Source of the DNA: Guillardia theta CCMP2712
Lineage: Eukaryota > Protista > Cryptophyta
Length of the DNA: 64,000 bases
Direction of reading: 5' to 3'
Assembly (NCBI RefSeq): GCF_000315625.1
Contig: NW_005434480.1
Coordinates: forward strand, 1 to 64,000
The position numbers and the translations under genes are program-made. Below, piece by piece: positions 61,701-64,000 of the stretch; positions within the stretch are counted from its first letter, which is position 1, and each line of letters starts with the position of its first letter. Under the pieces are notes generated by a model that did no database searches, had not been told where the DNA came from, and saw only the letters and a list, made by a program, of their open reading frames with translations.

Positions 61701-64000
61701 AACGAGGTTTGATCCGCCGTCACGGCTTCCTCCAGCACGATCGGATACTTCTGAGACAGTCGCACGTACCCCACCGCCTTGAATGCGGCATGACTGACTG
61801 CGATCGTCCCCTCTTGTCCTCGAAGCACAGTCAGCGACGAGGCTCCTACGGCAGTGACGTACATAACCTCCTTCTCTACCTGGATGTATCTGCCCGACGT
61901 GAACTTGGCGGCGTTTGACACCTCAATGCTGGTCGCGTCCCTTGCGACGCTCTTGAGCAGCACGGAGCCCGGGTTGAAGGTCCTGACAACGGTGCCTGCG
62001 GCGAAGGTCGAGGCTATGCTGGAGTTGAGCGCGCCTCGAGTGACCGTGAGAGTGCTCTGCTGGACGCTGATCGCGTCCACGAGCAGGACTTCATCCACAA
62101 GCCGCACGTAGTCGCCCACCTGAAAGCCCGACACTGACTGCACCTCCAGCACAGCCGACCTGGAGCTCTGCAGGAGCCGACGAGCCGCCTGGTCTCTGAG
62201 AGCCACAAGAGTCGTGACAGGGAAGTTGCTGAACGAGCCGTAGACTGCGTTGATGAAGCCGGGTCTGAGCAGATAGTCCACGCCGGTCACCTGGCCCGCC
62301 AGGTTGCGGACAGAGCTCTGATCGAAGGACAAGTCGCCCGGCCAGTAGAGAGGGCCCGGCTGAAGGGCATCTGAGCTGGGGCTGTCGGTGAAGTAGAGTA
62401 GAATCTCCGCGCACGGATACGCTTGTCCTGCATCCGATGGAAACTCGAGCTTCAGCGGGTTAGGCGTGCTGGGAGAGAAGCCAAAGCCCGCGTTGAGCAG
62501 GACTGGCTGCTGGGTCCGAGCATCCCACCCGATGGCTGCCAGCGCCTCATCAGCGACCACGCTCGACAGCGAGGCATCAAGCACTGTCGACAGGTAGGAG
62601 GGACAGTTGTCGGCCGCGCAGGTATGGGCGGGGCAAGGGAACGTAGCACATGCGCTGCACTGCGAGGAGCCGGAGCAGGAAGGCAGCGGGTTGAGCTTTG
62701 CTTGCGAGTAGGCGCTTGTGCAGAGTTTGGAGCCCGGGCAGAGAGACTTGACAACAAACGACCCGCTGCTGCAAGTCGGCTGGACTTTTGCGGCCCCCTG
62801 GTTGAGCTCTGGCAGCGAGATGTTCCTCACGAGCTCGACCCGAGACGCGACCATCCCACTTCTCGGGTAAGCGCCAAGAGTGGGAGCTGGGCATGCCGGC
62901 AGCGACCCGGACGAAAAATCGAGCTTGATATTCGGAGCGGTCAAGTAGCCGGATCCTGCGTTGATGACTTTGAGCACGTACTGGTAGGGAGCAGCGTCGG
63001 CAGCGAAGCCCTTGCTGGCTGCTGTCGAGCTCGCAGACGGGCCGTTGGTGTAGGGGTCCGAGCTGGTGTCGATGTAGTCGAGCAAGACCTCCGCCTGCAC
63101 TCCACCTGAGGGAGGAGGCTCCACGAGGACGCGCGGGGGCTGACAGAGCGAGGCGGACGCGAACGCCTCGTTGGCTGTGATCTTGAAGATCAAGGAGCCT
63201 CGCGGGCCTTGGAAGCCCTGGCTGCGTCTTGCCGTGTAGACGTTGCTGGAGGAGTACGCCGACGGCCCGCTCGACACGCGCATCTGCAGCGTCTTGCGCG
63301 TCCTGTAGTCTCCTGCCGCTCCGTCCGCCGGCGAGCAGACTTGCAGCCCGTCGCGGTTGCTGGGCGAGAAGAAGGCGCTGGTCGCTACCGACTGCTCGCA
63401 CGAGCCCGAGCACTCTCCGCTCACCGTCGCCTCCACCTGAAGCTCTGAGGCAGTGCACACCTGGTTGGCGATGGAGTTGGCGTTCTTGTCAGCACAGGCG
63501 CTGCTGGAGCATCCGCTGCAGCTGAAGGTCGCGTTGGGTCCGGAGCCCGAGCTCTGGTATCCGTATCCCTCGTGGGTGATGAGAGCTCCATCGAGAGTCA
63601 GGCCTGTCTGCTGTGCCGCAGTGCCTGAGGCTATGACGAAGCCCGAGTAGACGTTGGTGCCCTGGTACGCCGTGTTGAGCGAGAAGAAGGATGGCTTGCA
63701 GAGCGTCTGCTGGCTGCTGCTCAGGTCCGCAAAGTCTTGTCGGTAGCTCTTGACCGCCCCTCCGACGCTAAACTCCACGTCGACAACGATGGGGATATTG
63801 GCGTACCCTTGACCCTGCTGTACGATCTCGTAGCTCGGAAGGCTCGCGCCCGCAGCTTGGGAGACTTTGATCTTGAGCGCCTGCCCTCCTGGCCGCTGCG
63901 GAGAGCTGAACACCAGCACCGACCCATCGCAGCTGAAGAGATTAGTCACGGTCGTAGGCCCGTTGTAGTGCACTACGCCAAGCTCCCCGTTGACCAGCCT
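58700..64000 (-). CDS. Giant membrane protein paralog E (5' part beyond the window), inverted near-copy of B with an altered tail
   Basis: Frame is open from the window edge for more than 1,757 aa; aligns with B 40549-45505; retains the segment deleted in B; TM present, but the tail diverges after PKAVG. Confidence 0.88.
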   Translation of the reverse strand, partial: RLVNGELGVVHYNGPTTVTNLFSCDGSVLVFSSPQRPGGQALKIKVSQAAGASLPSYEIVQQGQGYANIPIVVDVEFSVGGAVKSYRQDFADLSSSQQTLCKPSFFSLNTAYQGTNVYSGFVIASGTAAQQTGLTLDGALITHEGYGYQSSGSGPNATFSCSGCSSSACADKNANSIANQVCTASELQVEATVSGECSGSCEQSVATSAFFSPSNRDGLQVCSPADGAAGDYRTRKTLQMRVSSGPSAYSSSNVYTARRSQGFQGPRGSLIFKITANEAFASASLCQPPRVLVEPPPSGGVQAEVLLDYIDTSSDPYTNGPSASSTAASKGFAADAAPYQYVLKVINAGSGYLTAPNIKLDFSSGSLPACPAPTLGAYPRSGMVASRVELVRNISLPELNQGAAKVQPTCSSGSFVVKSLCPGSKLCTSAYSQAKLNPLPSCSGSSQCSACATFPCPAHTCAADNCPSYLSTVLDASLSSVVADEALAAIGWDARTQQPVLLNAGFGFSPSTPNPLKLEFPSDAGQAYPCAEILLYFTDSPSSDALQPGPLYWPGDLSFDQSSVRNLAGQVTGVDYLLRPGFINAVYGSFSNFPVTTLVALRDQAARRLLQSSRSAVLEVQSVSGFQVGDYVRLVDEVLLVDAISVQQSTLTVTRGALNSSIASTFAAGTVVRTFNPGSVLLKSVARDATSIEVSNAAKFTSGRYIQVEKEVMYVTAVGASSLTVLRGQEGTIAVSHAAFKAVGYVRLSQKYPIVLEEAVTADQTSLTVSDASLLFAGAFIQVLGEIMAVTSISGDTLTVQRAQLGTSASSHPTGVLVKLTTGASLGRSIYRSNMVLLATISFSDTVLRLKDPVKDTQSSGFQPGDYLRVFDYYDLFDEAMLVLSAETATVSGYLYQNLTVQRAQFQSNPGKFVFYEGISVNYLFSPRVLEQEIDKTATIANFSNTYGLQAGDLLWAFPGWDNDVYFEVMEYQSDGSVRRGMIPDYRGSSQATSVLAGALVHTIAKPAYLKYPPTCKVTKRFCTSPCEVPLSSVSDFAVGDIVSDGYAAFEVKAINTTDSKITATKVFAPNEDLNLNFNHRFTKVEGLRLLNSTVSLSDTLDTYSITLTTQVSDFYSPGDLVRIGMADLDKWGLPYYKNGLFRVTAVGDYSMDVISFSCSRFACQTTFKQGKAILFKYEKFDVLDGDALFPGDSVMLSGGGYGGTAQVISSSQNEVRLKFTSGEYGTERDDSWIRDAHFTYQLLPVSKKSFARSKLALDINSTVTRVILFDASGFRAGDSIVVDDEVMTIDNLNGNLLQVSRAQAGTAAAPHKLAASVTWTAPVAKTSSPVSAVTPMTRRDQHLRYIAQQGSIALPSSILQASTSYQDVWAQLNEEIILIRQPASGTVPVDDRGLRGTSAAAHVTNTPYNIPNAVFSWQLNVRSSLLGSSGFSALPVYSMNAAGVIAVSGVNVLSGGAGVTSRPTFQLCLNRLIDGDAQGQAVGGAAYSYRPLVQQTYLGVDLTDKFTKRLIRPTVTYPVTYQPWRFPADPLYFQDRMDGYDPSSDSSLLSPTNGSNAINASSPIPHEPGSPVFVLDSFGQMLGDQAVPQQSLSVSDGGPYSYSVTSRPSVLDSTWSSPALLIVSTSSATTADMYLNDTIAGSHSNGQKTALLSASSRMFAWKTDPRKLAVLVGASAAASTIAVASSAAASTPANASSSTTPAGGQNIGAIIGGVIGGVVGAALLGLLTYKLITPKAVGEKVHPSLPPTLAPPASLPLPLPEPSPC

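Overview
Eukaryotic nuclear DNA, most likely from a cryptophyte-like alga. This is an inference from the short GT-AG introns, CT microsatellites, a TTTAGGG tract and the style of the protein families. The window is dominated by five copies of an unrecognised family of giant (~4,100 aa), almost intronless type-I membrane proteins: A (4785-17115 +, intact), B (33418-45643 +, one frameshifting deletion), C (3' fragment, 51224-51727 +), D (52422-56399 -, 5'-truncated next to a Ty1/copia relic) and E (58700->64000 -, an inverted near-copy of B). The proteins combine Ig-like repeats, 'GSGY-x-x-x-P-x-V' repeats and 'IDxE...RG..GT.A..H' repeats that resemble phage structural-protein repeats. Most of each protein is conserved. 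One AT-richer block is hypervariable and carries Tyr/Trp/Asp-rich loops at a fixed turn of the repeat, and C-terminal modules are swapped between paralogs. Together this suggests a diversifying surface-recognition repertoire. Interleaved with these genes are a spliced ADP-ribosyltransferase-ankyrin gene, a decayed ankyrin/WD40-kinase-PARP gene and a caspase-like fragment lacking its catalytic dyad. The window also holds an actin gene with two 1-bp homopolymer frameshifts, a triplicated ~1.5 kb repeat, several minisatellites and one 100-N gap. All domain calls come from reading motifs by eye; no database search was run.
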